Source of the DNA: Eledone cirrhosa | Taxonomy: Eukaryota | DNA: 64,000 bases | Assembly (NCBI GenBank): GCA_964016885.1 | Contig: OZ024758.1 | Span: 15,872,001-15,936,000, forward strand | Direction of reading: 5' to 3' | Notes under the pieces: model-generated | Seen by the model: the letters and a program-made list of their open reading frames with translations, nothing else | The model's database searches: none | Told to the model about the DNA's origin: nothing | Shown here: positions 63,978-64,000 of the stretch, one piece after another | Layout of the letters: every line of letters starts with the position of its first letter | Numbering within the stretch: the stretch's first letter is position 1 | Position numbers and translations under genes: made by a program

Positions 63978-64000
63978 GTTGTGATGAATATTGTTGTGGC
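63978..64000 (+). CDS. TPCN1: TPC1 exon (IIS6), cut by the window end
   Basis: ttag|VVMNIVVA. Confidence 0.88.

Larger units (their letters stand above)
36023..64000 (+). other. TPCN1: Two-pore calcium channel 1 (TPC1) gene body, 22 exons, continuing past the window end
   Basis: All exons are GT-AG and phase-consistent. The spliced protein has NYQEAAVYLQEGENNDK, filter I TTANYPDVMMP and filter II LFELTIVNNW, collinear with vertebrate TPC1 as I recall it. Confidence 0.95.

Overview
AT-rich, repeat-dense eukaryotic DNA. The tRNA-derived SINE families, microsatellites and intron style suggest an octopus-like coleoid cephalopod (inference). There are two + strand spliced genes. The first is a divergent alpha-tubulin (coding exons 7599-7821 and 11233-12365; the ATG-only first exon was not found). 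The second is a two-pore channel TPC1 (22 exons reconstructed by eye from 36023 to the window end, plus a candidate first exon at 18912). The tubulin intron holds a decayed Penelope-like retroelement (RT + GIY-YIG, Naiad/Neptune-type). The main signal missed by the ORF track is a set of (TA)n-embedded short fold-back elements carrying type I hammerhead ribozymes. Three have intact cores (517-581, 45180-45244, 45487-45557) and one is degenerate (57678-57798). All four are on the - strand, and two copies show stem II covariation. Most other ORFs in the track are repeat artefacts. All calls were made by eye; no database search was run.
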